Positions 1 through 8,883 of a DNA stretch of 64,000 nucleotides are shown here, in pieces (within the stretch, counting starts at the first letter, position 1; every line of letters starts with the position of its first letter). This stretch comes from Minisyncoccota bacterium. Its GTDB lineage: Bacteria > Patescibacteriota > Minisyncoccia > UBA6257. The translations under genes were made by a program, and so were the position numbers. The DNA lies in NCBI GenBank assembly GCA_028694995.1, contig JAQVJU010000001.1, forward strand, positions 15,314 to 79,313, in the 5' to 3' direction. The notes below the pieces were generated by a model. That model had not been told where the DNA came from and did no database searches. It worked only from the letters and a program-made list of their open reading frames with translations.

Positions 1-6
1 CTATTA

Positions 7-83
7 GGGCAGTTAGCTCAGCTGGTTAGAGCGCATGACTTACATTCATGAGGTCATAGGTTCGAATCCTATACTGCCCACCA
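7..83 (+). tRNA. tRNA-Val (anticodon UAC), CCA encoded
   Basis: Cloverleaf read directly: acceptor GGGCAGT/ACTGCCC, anticodon stem CATGA/TCATG with loop CTTACAT, T-loop TTCGAAT, 3' ACCA. Confidence 0.9.
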
Positions 84-155
84 GTATTAAACTATGGCAA
101 AAATTAACAAAACGCCAAATGTTTCAATTGAAGATTTATAAAATAACATGAATTT

Positions 156-572
156 ATGTTAAATAGCGTGCCATTAGTAATTTTAATTATTTCTTTAAGC
201 ATAGCCACACTTGTAATAACTCCACTAATTGCTTCTTTAATTTTGCAATTACTTTCAAGGCTTTTAAAATTTCCAAAAACTGATTTTAAAACAGCACTTT
301 ATTGTAATTTAATTATTCTTGGGATTTTTGTAGCTTGTATTTCCACTATGGATATCTTATTTTTGGATCAAATTGAAAAATTATCATCTCTATTTCTTTT
401 AGTATCATCCCTAATTGCTCTTATCACTGGTAGTTTTGTTATCCATAAATTTTATAATTCATCGGTATTAAAATCATTTTTTGCTCTCCTCTTAACAGGT
501 GTAATTTTGTTTATTGCTTTTACTCTTGTTATAATTATGACAAGTGTGACTATAGCTCTTATAAAACATTAA
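156..572 (+). CDS. hypothetical polytopic membrane protein (138 aa)
   Basis: Intact ORF; translation is almost entirely hydrophobic helices; no recognisable family. Confidence 0.4.
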   Translation: MLNSVPLVILIISLSIATLVITPLIASLILQLLSRLLKFPKTDFKTALYCNLIILGIFVACISTMDILFLDQIEKLSSLFLLVSSLIALITGSFVIHKFYNSSVLKSFFALLLTGVILFIAFTLVIIMTSVTIALIKH

Positions 573-606
573 AAAGTCGAAAAAATAATTATTAAATTTT
601 AAAATT

Positions 607-1077
607 ATGGAAAACGAACAAGTCAAACAAAAATTCCCAATCGGTATGATATTAATTTTAATTCTTATTGGTTGGGGTGCGATAAATGTGTTACTAGGTG
701 TACGAAAGAACCCAATGTCTCAATTTGGGCCAGTATTACTTACTGGAGCAAGTGCAATAGTTGTTAATTTAATTATTGCAGCAATATTGGGAATAATATT
801 TTATGGAATAATAAAAAGGTTCAAGTGGGCGAGAAAGCTGGCGATTGGTTGGTATATTTTTTCAATGATATTATCGCTAATTAATTTACTATTCTTTTTG
901 GCTAACAAAACTATGTATAATAGTTATTATCAAAAAGTTTTATCGCCTGAAGCATATTCCCTGATGACTCCTGCCATAATAACTGGAACTCTTATATCAA
1001 TAATAGTTTTCGGTTGGATTATTGGACTTATAATAATAATCTATCTTACAAAGAAAAAAGATTTCTTTGTTAACTAA
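607..1077 (+). CDS. hypothetical membrane protein (156 aa)
   Basis: Intact ORF with ~4 hydrophobic helices; no recognisable motif. Confidence 0.4.
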   Translation: MENEQVKQKFPIGMILILILIGWGAINVLLGVRKNPMSQFGPVLLTGASAIVVNLIIAAILGIIFYGIIKRFKWARKLAIGWYIFSMILSLINLLFFLANKTMYNSYYQKVLSPEAYSLMTPAIITGTLISIIVFGWIIGLIIIIYLTKKKDFFVN

Positions 1078-1305
1078 ATTTTTTCCGAAAATAATTTATT
1101 ACAAAAGAATAAAATCCTATAGATTTCATGGTGATTGGTTTTAGGCTACGTACCATCAGTTCTGCTCAAAAAAATTCTGATTTTACCAAACAAACACACT
1201 AATAATTGATTTTATTTCAATAATAAGATAGAATAGACAGCACAAACCTTTATAATAAAATAAAAGATTAAATAAAAGTTATCTAAACTTTTTATTTAAC
1301 ATTAA

Positions 1306-1613
1306 GCCGAGGTAGCTCAGTGGTAGAGCGTTTGCCTAAATCTTTGGGCCAATTCATAGTAATATGAATTGCAAACTGGGTGAAATCGGAAAAACCCAAG
1401 TATAATTTTGGGCAATTCCGAGCCAAGCCTATTTAAATTAAATTTAAACAGGAAGGTGTAGAGACTATCTTTTTTAAGAGTAGGGGCAAATAAATATTTG
1501 CTTCAAAGCGCCCAGCCCCTATAAATAGGGTGATGATATAGTCCAAACTCTAAAGTAATTTAGAGAATGTTCGGAAGAGCAAAGCGTCCGGTGTTCGATT
1601 CACCGCCTCGGCA
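1306..1613 (+). tRNA. tRNA-Phe (anticodon GAA) interrupted by a group I intron; exon 1 1306-1337, exon 2 1574-1613, no CCA encoded
   Basis: 5' half GCCGAGG-TA-GCTCAGTGGTAGAGC-G-TTTGC-CT and 3' half GAAGA-GCAAA-GCGTC-CGGTG-TTCGATT-CACCG-CCTCGGC-A form a complete cloverleaf only when joined; D-arm and variable loop resemble canonical bacterial tRNA-Phe. Confidence 0.7.
1338..1573 (+). ncRNA. group I self-splicing intron (236 nt) inserted between U33 and G34 of tRNA-Phe
   Basis: P1: exon GCCU pairs with intron GGGC, with the U.G wobble at the splice site. P10: intron UCUUU just 5' of the guide pairs with 3' exon GAAGA. P2 hairpin CAATTCATA/TATGAATTG. P7 strands GACUAU / AUAGUC lie within the conserved S-like element GAUAUAGUCC. 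Terminal G at 1573. Confidence 0.7.
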
Positions 1614-1653
1614 CTTTAAAAAACCTTAATAGTGTTTTTTAAGTTTTAATCAT

Positions 1654-2454
1654 ATGACTTTACTGAAAAAAAATAACTCAATTTCATTACCTCTTACTGG
1701 TTCTCTTTTAGAAGGGGTAATTTTAGGAAAAAAAGAAAAATCTTTAATAATAGATCTCTCTCCTTATGGCACTGGCATTATTCAAGGACCAGAATTCCTT
1801 GAATCCAGAGATTATATCAAAAGCCTTTCTTCTGGAGATAAGGTTTTTGTTAAAATCCTTGATTGGAATAATGAAGAAGGTTTTATTGAATTGTCTTTAG
1901 AAAACCTTGAACGAAAGAAATCCTGGGAAACTATAAAAGATTTAAAGAATAAAAATGAAAGTTTTCCTTTTGTAATTCTTGAAGCTAATACTGGAGGCTT
2001 GATGGGAAAAACAGAAAACATTAAAGGGTTTTTACCTGCCTCTCAATTATCAGCTGAACATTATCCTAAGGCTGAAGAAGGAAAAAAATCCGAAATCTTA
2101 GAAAAACTAAAAGCCCTTATTGGTAAAGAAATCCAAGTAAAGGTTTTAGATTTTGACCAGGCAACAAATAAATTAATTCTTTCAGAAAAGCTAGTTGAAA
2201 AAGACAGATTGAAAGATATTATCAAAAACTATCAAGTAGAAGATAAGGTTAAAGTTAAAATTACAAAGATTGTTGATTTTGGTGCTTTTGTAAAATTAGA
2301 AGATTCAGGAATTGACGGTTTGATTCATCTCTCAGAGATTTCAGATCCAACCCCAGAAGACATTAATAAAGTTTTAAAAGAAGGAGAAGTTAAAGAAGCA
2401 AGAATAATCTCTATTGAAAACAATAAAATCTCTTTGTCTTTAAAAAATCTCTAA
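1654..2454 (+). CDS. S1 RNA-binding domain protein (short ribosomal protein S1-like, 266 aa)
   Basis: Repeated S1-like OB-fold segments (e.g. GEVKEARIISIENNKISLSLK); follows the tRNA-Phe gene. Confidence 0.5.
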   Translation: MTLLKKNNSISLPLTGSLLEGVILGKKEKSLIIDLSPYGTGIIQGPEFLESRDYIKSLSSGDKVFVKILDWNNEEGFIELSLENLERKKSWETIKDLKNKNESFPFVILEANTGGLMGKTENIKGFLPASQLSAEHYPKAEEGKKSEILEKLKALIGKEIQVKVLDFDQATNKLILSEKLVEKDRLKDIIKNYQVEDKVKVKITKIVDFGAFVKLEDSGIDGLIHLSEISDPTPEDINKVLKEGEVKEARIISIENNKISLSLKNL

Positions 2455-2471
2455 GTTTCAAATTAGTAAGT

Positions 2472-2500
2472 AAAATCCCAGCTTATTCAGCTGGGATTTT
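2472..2500. terminator. bidirectional rho-independent terminator between the S1-like gene and hup
   Basis: Perfect 9-bp stem ATCCCAGCT/AGCTGGGAT with loop TATTC, flanked by A-run and T-run. Confidence 0.6.
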
Positions 2501-2523
2501 AAAATTAAAAGAATAATCCTGTA

Positions 2524-2796
2524 TTATCTTACCGCGTCTTTTAATCCTTTTCCGGCTTTAAATTTAGGAACAGTCATCGCTGGAATTTGGATTTTTTCAC
2601 CGGTTTTAGGATTAACTCCTTGACGAGCTGCTCTTTTTCTAGCAGAAAAAGTGCCAAAACCAGTAACGGTAACAGTATCGCCTGAAACCAAGGCTTTGGT
2701 AATAGTATCTAAGATAGCCTCTAAAGCTTCAGCCGCGTCTTTTTTAGAACAACCTATTTTATTAACAATAGCTTCAATTAATCCTTCTTTTGTCAT
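2524..2796 (-). CDS. hup: DNA-binding protein HU
   Basis: 90 aa; MTKEGLIEAIV...GFGTFSARKRAARQGVNPKTGEKIQIPA arm motif typical of the HU/IHF family. Confidence 0.9.
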   Translation of the reverse strand: MTKEGLIEAIVNKIGCSKKDAAEALEAILDTITKALVSGDTVTVTGFGTFSARKRAARQGVNPKTGEKIQIPAMTVPKFKAGKGLKDAVR

Positions 2797-2819
2797 AATA
2801 TTTATTTTTTACAAATGTT

Positions 2820-2847
2820 CCTTTTAAATGAAAGTCATTTAAAAGGG
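2820..2847. terminator. 12-bp perfect hairpin downstream of rny (possible terminator)
   Basis: CCTTTTAAATGA-AAG-TCATTTAAAAGG; no clean U-tract. Confidence 0.35.
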
Positions 2848-2929
2848 GGTCGACCTTTTAAGCTAATATTTGACTCTCTTTATTATATCAAAAGAGTTAA
2901 GTAAAGTAAAACCTTTTAGTAAAGGGCTC

Positions 2930-4465
2930 TTATCTCGCTACCTCCACTACCCTGGTTTCCCTAATTACTGTAACTTTTATTTCTCCTGGGAATTTTAAGG
3001 TTTCTTCTAAGCGATTAGCAATTTCCTTAGCCAATTTAATAGCTCCTAAATCATCTATTTTTTCTGGCTGAACAAAAATCCTAACTTCCCTGCCAGCAGA
3101 AATAGCATATACTTTTTCCACTCCTTCATAAGAAGAGGCAATTTCTTCTAAATTAGCTAATCTTTTAAGATAAGCCTCAATTGAGTCTTTTCTAGCTCCA
3201 GGCCTTGAAGCTGAAATTGCATCAGCTGCATTTACAATTGCTGCCTCAATGGTTTCTATGGGATAAGTATCATGATGAGATTGCATTGCTTTAACAATTT
3301 CTTCTGGCATATTATATTTTATCAATATTCTCCTGCCTAATTCTAAATGAGTGCCTTCTATTTCTTGATCCACTGCTTTACCAATATCATGAAGCAAACC
3401 AGCTTTTTTACATATTTCTATATCAGCCCCTAATTCTGAAGCTAAAGCTGCGGCTAATAAAGAAACTTCTATTGAATGAGTAAGAGCATTTTGCCCATAA
3501 CTTGTCCTAAAATTTAATCTCCCTACCAGATAAACTAATTCTTGAGGTAAATCTAAAATACCAACTTCATAAAGCGCATCTTCGCCAGCTTTTTTTATTC
3601 TCTCCCTAACTTCTGTTTGAGCTTCAGCTATCTTTTCTTCAATCTTTGCTGGTTGAATGCGTCCATCTTGAATTAATTTTTCCAAAGCAACCTTAGCTAT
3701 CTCTCTTCTTGCTGAATCAAAACTTGAAAGCACTATGGTGCTTGGAGAATCATCCATTATTAATTCTACTCCAGATAATTTTTCAAAATGACGAATATTC
3801 CTCCCTTCACGACCAATTATCTTTCCTTTAATATCTTCTGAAGATAAATTAATAACACTTGTTGTTACTTCACCAACATTTGAACGACTGTATTTCTGAA
3901 TTGCTCCAATCATTATTTCTTTTGCTTTTTTTTCTATTTCCTCTTGTCTAGAAATCTCTAATTTTTTAAGAGCTTTTAAAACTTCTTCACTGTTTTCCTT
4001 TTCTATTTTTTTCATCAATTCTTCCTTTGCTTCTTTCTGAGTTAATTTTGCAATTTTCTCTAATAAATCTAATTCATTTTTCTGTATTTTTTCTAATTCT
4101 GTTTTCAATAACTGAATTTTCTCATATATCTGTTTATTCTCTTCTTCTTTTTCACTAAGCTCAATATGTCTTTTATCTAATAATTCTTCTCTTTGTAATA
4201 ACCTAGATTCAGTTTTATCTAATAAAGTTTTTCTTGCTTTTTTCTCTTTTTCTGCTTCTTCTAAAACCTGGGTTGCTTTTTCCCTGGCTTCCAGAACAAT
4301 ACTTTTTGCCTCTTCACGAACTTTTTCTATTCGTGTTTTTAATTTTGATTCAATTGATTCAGATGATTTTTGAGCGATTTTCTGACGAATAATATAGCCT
4401 AGAAAACCTCCAATACCTAAGGATACAATGCCAATAAAGACATTAAAAACATTAAAATTAAACAT
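2930..4465 (-). CDS. rny: ribonuclease Y
   Basis: N-terminal TM, long coiled coil, KH motif GKIIGREGRNIRHFE, HD domain LLHDIGKA. Confidence 0.9.
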   Translation of the reverse strand: MFNFNVFNVFIGIVSLGIGGFLGYIIRQKIAQKSSESIESKLKTRIEKVREEAKSIVLEAREKATQVLEEAEKEKKARKTLLDKTESRLLQREELLDKRHIELSEKEEENKQIYEKIQLLKTELEKIQKNELDLLEKIAKLTQKEAKEELMKKIEKENSEEVLKALKKLEISRQEEIEKKAKEIMIGAIQKYSRSNVGEVTTSVINLSSEDIKGKIIGREGRNIRHFEKLSGVELIMDDSPSTIVLSSFDSARREIAKVALEKLIQDGRIQPAKIEEKIAEAQTEVRERIKKAGEDALYEVGILDLPQELVYLVGRLNFRTSYGQNALTHSIEVSLLAAALASELGADIEICKKAGLLHDIGKAVDQEIEGTHLELGRRILIKYNMPEEIVKAMQSHHDTYPIETIEAAIVNAADAISASRPGARKDSIEAYLKRLANLEEIASSYEGVEKVYAISAGREVRIFVQPEKIDDLGAIKLAKEIANRLEETLKFPGEIKVTVIRETRVVEVAR

Positions 4466-4811
4466 AAGCCATTATTTAAGTTAAGGCCTATTATTCTCTA
4501 TTTTCTTGTTTAATAAATCAATAAATTCCTTTCTCTATCAATTGGCTATTCTTTCATTACTCAGCAATAAAAAACTCCTAAAGCTTGTTTTATTGCTTAA
4601 ACTAAAGAATTGAAAGATAAATAACCAATTAAGAAAGAAAAAGATTAACCTTAGCATTATTTTACAAGAATTATTCTATTAGAGAATTAATAGCGCCAAT
4701 TTAGACTAAAATTCTTTACGAAACATTAAGCCTTGATTTCTGTTATTAGATAAGTGCGGCTTAATTATAATCATTATAGCCAAGAAAATATCTTTTGTCA
4801 AAAATTAGAAA

Positions 4812-6446
4812 ATGAGATATACTAATAGTAATAATTTTAAATTTATGCCTCGTCTTTGTTCAAAAATTTGTTTAATAATTTTAGATGGTTGGGGAATAGG
4901 AGAAAAAAATTTCACTAATGCCATCTATCGAGCTGGCACCCCTAATTTAGATGAAATAAAAAAATACTATCCAATGCTTTCTCTTCAAGCATCTGGCATA
5001 GCTGTTGGCTTGCCATTTAATCGGGCTGGTAATAGCGAAGTAGGCCATCTAACATTAGGCAGCGGTCAAATAATATATCAATATTCTGTTCGAATATCCC
5101 AAAGTATAGAAAACGGATCTTTTTTTCAAAACCCTGCTCTTTTAGAGATAGCCAATCATGTAAAAGAAAATGACAGTACTCTTCATTTAGCTGGGTTATT
5201 AAGTGAAAATATTGTTCATAGTGCATACAACCATTTATTAGCTCTTTTAGATTTAGCTAATTCTTTAAAGATATCTAAGGTTAATCTCCATCTTTTTACT
5301 GATGGCAGAGATTCTCCTCCAAAAAGAGCCTTAGATTTAGTAGCTCAATTAATGAAAGATATGAAAAAAAAGAATGTGGGTAGAATTGCCAGTATTGCTG
5401 GTCGTTTTTACGCTATGGATAGAGATCAAAATTTTAGCCGTATTGCTAAAAGCTATAATATTTTAACTGAGGGCAAAGGCAAGATAATAAAAGATCCACT
5501 TGTTTATCTTAAAGAAAGTTATCAGGAAGGAATTACTGATGAATTTATTGTTCCAGCTATTATTGAAGAAAATCAAGATTCCAATTCTTTAGGATATATA
5601 AAAGAAAACGATGGCATAATATTTTTCAATTTTCGAGAAGAAAGAATGAGGCAATTAGTTGAAGCTCTTACTATGCCTGAATTTAAAGAATTTCCTGTTA
5701 AAAATATCCCTGGATTAAAAATTGCTACCTTTACTGAATACAAAAAAGAATTTCCAGTAAAAGTTGCTTTTCCACCTCAAAAAGTCACTGTTTGTTTATC
5801 ACAAATTCTTTCACAATATGGCAAAAGACAATTCCATTTAGCAGAAACAGAAAAATACGCTCATGTTACCTATTTTTTCAATTGCCTTAAAGAAAAACCC
5901 TTTCCTGGAGAATATTGGGTAATTATTCCTTCTATAAAAACATTGCGTTTAGAAGATTATCCCGCTTTGAAATCACTGGAAATCAGCACTCGCCTTATTC
6001 AAGCTTTTGAAGAAAATATTTATGAATTCATTTTAGTTAATTATGCTAGTCCTGATTTAATTGGCCATACAGGTAATATCAAATCAGGAATAGAATGCGC
6101 TAAAATTATTGACCAGGAAGTGGGGAAAATAATTAAAAAAAGCCTAGACCTTCAATACACTACAATCATTACTGCAGACCATGGAAATCTAGAGAGAATG
6201 ATGAATCCTATTACCGGTGAAATAGAAACAGAACATGATACAAGCTTAGTTCCTTTTTATCTTATTGATTCTCGTTGGAAGCTTTCTGCACCACGAACAG
6301 AAAAAGAAATAGCAGAAATTGAAAGATGGGCTGGAGGCATGCTTGCTGATGTTGCTCCCACTATCTTAGAGCTGTTTGGCTTACCTATTCCTTCAGAAAT
6401 GACTGGCCAAAGTCTATTACCTTTATTAAATATTAAAAAAAGTTAA
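4812..6446 (+). CDS. gpmI: 2,3-bisphosphoglycerate-independent phosphoglycerate mutase (alternative start at 4845, MPRLCSKICLIILDGWG)
   Basis: Motifs ILDGWG, GNSEVGHLTLGSG, TADHGN. Confidence 0.85.
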   Translation: MRYTNSNNFKFMPRLCSKICLIILDGWGIGEKNFTNAIYRAGTPNLDEIKKYYPMLSLQASGIAVGLPFNRAGNSEVGHLTLGSGQIIYQYSVRISQSIENGSFFQNPALLEIANHVKENDSTLHLAGLLSENIVHSAYNHLLALLDLANSLKISKVNLHLFTDGRDSPPKRALDLVAQLMKDMKKKNVGRIASIAGRFYAMDRDQNFSRIAKSYNILTEGKGKIIKDPLVYLKESYQEGITDEFIVPAIIEENQDSNSLGYIKENDGIIFFNFREERMRQLVEALTMPEFKEFPVKNIPGLKIATFTEYKKEFPVKVAFPPQKVTVCLSQILSQYGKRQFHLAETEKYAHVTYFFNCLKEKPFPGEYWVIIPSIKTLRLEDYPALKSLEISTRLIQAFEENIYEFILVNYASPDLIGHTGNIKSGIECAKIIDQEVGKIIKKSLDLQYTTIITADHGNLERMMNPITGEIETEHDTSLVPFYLIDSRWKLSAPRTEKEIAEIERWAGGMLADVAPTILELFGLPIPSEMTGQSLLPLLNIKKS

Positions 6447-6495
6447 TTTTTGACTTTTAAAAATTATTACTGTATACTTTAAAAGTTCTCTTTAA

Positions 6496-6852
6496 ATGAA
6501 TTTTTTTAGAAAAATCTTCTTTGGCATAATCTTCAATTCTTTAGCGATTTTATTATGCCAAGCTCTTTTCAATAATTTACTGAATGATTTCTATTTTCAG
6601 GGAGATTTTTCTCAGTTATTAATATTAGCTTTAGTTATCACGTTAGTTAATTTTTTCATCAAGCCTATCTTAAGACTTATTTTCCTGCCTTTTATTTGGA
6701 TAACGCTTGGACTTTTTTCTTTTGTTATTAATATCATTATCTTAAAGCTAGTCACCTGTTTTACTGCTTCACTTCTAATTCAATTACCTTTAACTTGGTT
6801 TGCTGCTTCAATGATTCTTAGTATCTTTAATTCTTTAATTCATAAATTATGA
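6496..6852 (+). CDS. hypothetical small membrane protein (118 aa), translationally coupled to secG (ATGA overlap)
   Basis: Hydrophobic ORF; its stop overlaps the next start codon. Confidence 0.4.
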   Translation: MNFFRKIFFGIIFNSLAILLCQALFNNLLNDFYFQGDFSQLLILALVITLVNFFIKPILRLIFLPFIWITLGLFSFVINIIILKLVTCFTASLLIQLPLTWFAASMILSIFNSLIHKL

Positions 6853-7067
6853 GTCAATCTTTTTTAACCATTCTTCAAATCATTGTTGGTGTTTTATTAA
6901 TTACCTTGGTTCTTCTCCAGCAAAGAGGTAGTGGTATGGGCGCTTTAGGTGGTTTGACTTCTCAGTTTTATGGCACTCGGAGAGGATTAGAAAAAACCAT
7001 TTTCATCTCAACGATTGTTTTAGGCGCTTTATTCATTCTTTTAGCAATTGTTTCTTTTCTGATTTAA
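6849..7067 (+). CDS. secG: preprotein translocase subunit SecG
   Basis: 72 aa with two TM helices; LLQQRGSGMGALGGLTSQFYG matches the SecG signature (LLQ...G.G...FG). Confidence 0.7.
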   Translation: MSQSFLTILQIIVGVLLITLVLLQQRGSGMGALGGLTSQFYGTRRGLEKTIFISTIVLGALFILLAIVSFLI

Positions 7068-7079
7068 TTCCTTTTTTAA

Positions 7080-8744
7080 ATGAAAAATCTTTTAAAGTCT
7101 TTCTTTAAAAAATGGTTTCTTTTAACATTAAAAGAAAGATTATTCTGTTTTTTGTTTTTAATAATACTCCTTATTGGAATTGTTGTTTTTTTTAGTAACT
7201 TACTTACTCAAATCACTGTTTTAGAGCCAAAAGAAGGAGGCAAGCTTCTTTTTGGAGCCATTGGAATTCCTTCTTATATAAATCCTGTTCTCTCTCAATC
7301 TAATGATTGTGAGCGAGATATTAGTGAATTAATTTATAGCAGTCTTTTTAGTATAGATGGCCAAGGATCTTTAGAGCCAGCATTAGCAGAAAAAGTTGAA
7401 ATTAACGAAGATGGAACTAGTTATACAATTTTCTTAAAAGATAATATCCTCTGGCATGATGGCGTTGAGTTTACAGCTGATGATGTAGTCTTTACCATTG
7501 AAACAATTCAAAATCCAAAAATAAAAAGCCCTTTGAGATTAAGTTGGGAAGGAGTGGTGGTAGAAAAACTCGGAGATAATATTATTCGTTTTAATCTTAA
7601 GAACACTTACCAACCTTTTCTTCAAAATCTCACTTTAAAAATAATTCCCAAGCATGTTTGGGAAGATATTGAACCTAGTTTTTTTAACACTGCAAAATAT
7701 AATCTCACCCCTATAGGAACTGGTCCTTATCTCTTTGATAATATAGAGAAAACCGAAAAAGGAAAGATTGTTAATTATTCCTTAGTGGCCAATGATAAAT
7801 ATTTTAAAAACAAACCCTATATTTCAAAGATAGTTTTCAAATTTTATGATAATTATGATTCAATGAAAAATGGTTTGTTGAAAAAAGAAATTGATGGGTT
7901 CTTCCCTCTCTTAATTGAAGATTTTGATTTTTTTGTTAATAAAAAAAATATTAAAATTAATTCTTTAATTTTAGCCCGATATTATGCTGTCTTTCTTGAT
8001 TTTAATAACCCTCTTTTTAAAAATGAAGATATCCGCCAAGCCTTAGATTTAGCAATTTCTAGAGAAGAACTAACCAAAGAAATATTACAAGAACAAGCTA
8101 TTGCTTTAGGCGGACCAATAACTCCTGGTTTCTTAGGCCCTGAAGCTGAACAAGAATTTAATAAAATACCAGAACATTCTTTAGAAACAGCTAAAAAACT
8201 AATTAATTCTTCAGGGTTAGCAAAAGAAGAACCAATTAGCTTTACTCTTTCTTTACCTCATAATACAGAATTAATTAAAGTAGCTAATTACCTTGTTAAT
8301 AGTTGGGAAAAGATAGGCCTTTCTGTAGAATTACAAATATTACCTTTAGCGACTTTGGAAAAAGAAGTTATTCAACCTCGCTCTTATGAAGCTTTTCTTT
8401 TTGGAGAAATAGTTGGTCAAAATCCTGACTTATACTCATTCTGGCATTCATCTCAAATTACTGATCCTGGACTTAATCTTTCTATGTTTCAAAACAAAGA
8501 ATTAGATAAGTTTTTAGAAATAGCCAGACAAACCTTTAATGAAAAAAAACGTCTTGAAAACTTAAACAATATCCAAACGCTTCTCGCTGAAGAAAAACCA
8601 GCAATTTTCTTATACAATCCATTTTATCTTTATCTCTTACCTCAATCTGTAAAAGGCAATCATATTGAATATGCTAATCTGCCTTCAGAAAAATTCACTG
8701 ATATAGAAAATTGGTACTTATACTCTAAAAGGGTTTTAAAGTAG
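7080..8744 (+). CDS. ABC transporter substrate-binding protein, family 5 (peptide/nickel type), N-terminal membrane anchor
   Basis: 554 aa; N-terminal TM then an SBP_bac_5-like region (ILWHDGVEFTADDVVFT...). Confidence 0.6.
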   Translation: MKNLLKSFFKKWFLLTLKERLFCFLFLIILLIGIVVFFSNLLTQITVLEPKEGGKLLFGAIGIPSYINPVLSQSNDCERDISELIYSSLFSIDGQGSLEPALAEKVEINEDGTSYTIFLKDNILWHDGVEFTADDVVFTIETIQNPKIKSPLRLSWEGVVVEKLGDNIIRFNLKNTYQPFLQNLTLKIIPKHVWEDIEPSFFNTAKYNLTPIGTGPYLFDNIEKTEKGKIVNYSLVANDKYFKNKPYISKIVFKFYDNYDSMKNGLLKKEIDGFFPLLIEDFDFFVNKKNIKINSLILARYYAVFLDFNNPLFKNEDIRQALDLAISREELTKEILQEQAIALGGPITPGFLGPEAEQEFNKIPEHSLETAKKLINSSGLAKEEPISFTLSLPHNTELIKVANYLVNSWEKIGLSVELQILPLATLEKEVIQPRSYEAFLFGEIVGQNPDLYSFWHSSQITDPGLNLSMFQNKELDKFLEIARQTFNEKKRLENLNNIQTLLAEEKPAIFLYNPFYLYLLPQSVKGNHIEYANLPSEKFTDIENWYLYSKRVLK

Positions 8745-8759
8745 TTTTCTATTAAAACC

Positions 8760-8843
8760 GCCTTGATGGCGAAATTGGTATACGCGCTAGCTTCAGGTGC
8801 TAGTTCCCGCAAGGGATTGGGAGTTCGAATCTCCCTCAAGGCA
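8760..8843 (+). tRNA. tRNA-Leu (anticodon CAG), type II, no CCA encoded
   Basis: Acceptor GCCTTGA/TCAAGGC, 3-bp D-stem, anticodon stem CTAGC/GCTAG with loop TTCAGGT, long variable arm, T-loop TTCGAAT. Confidence 0.85.
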
Positions 8844-8883
8844 CTAAACAATTTTTAAAATAGTAAAATTAAATAATAAAAAG

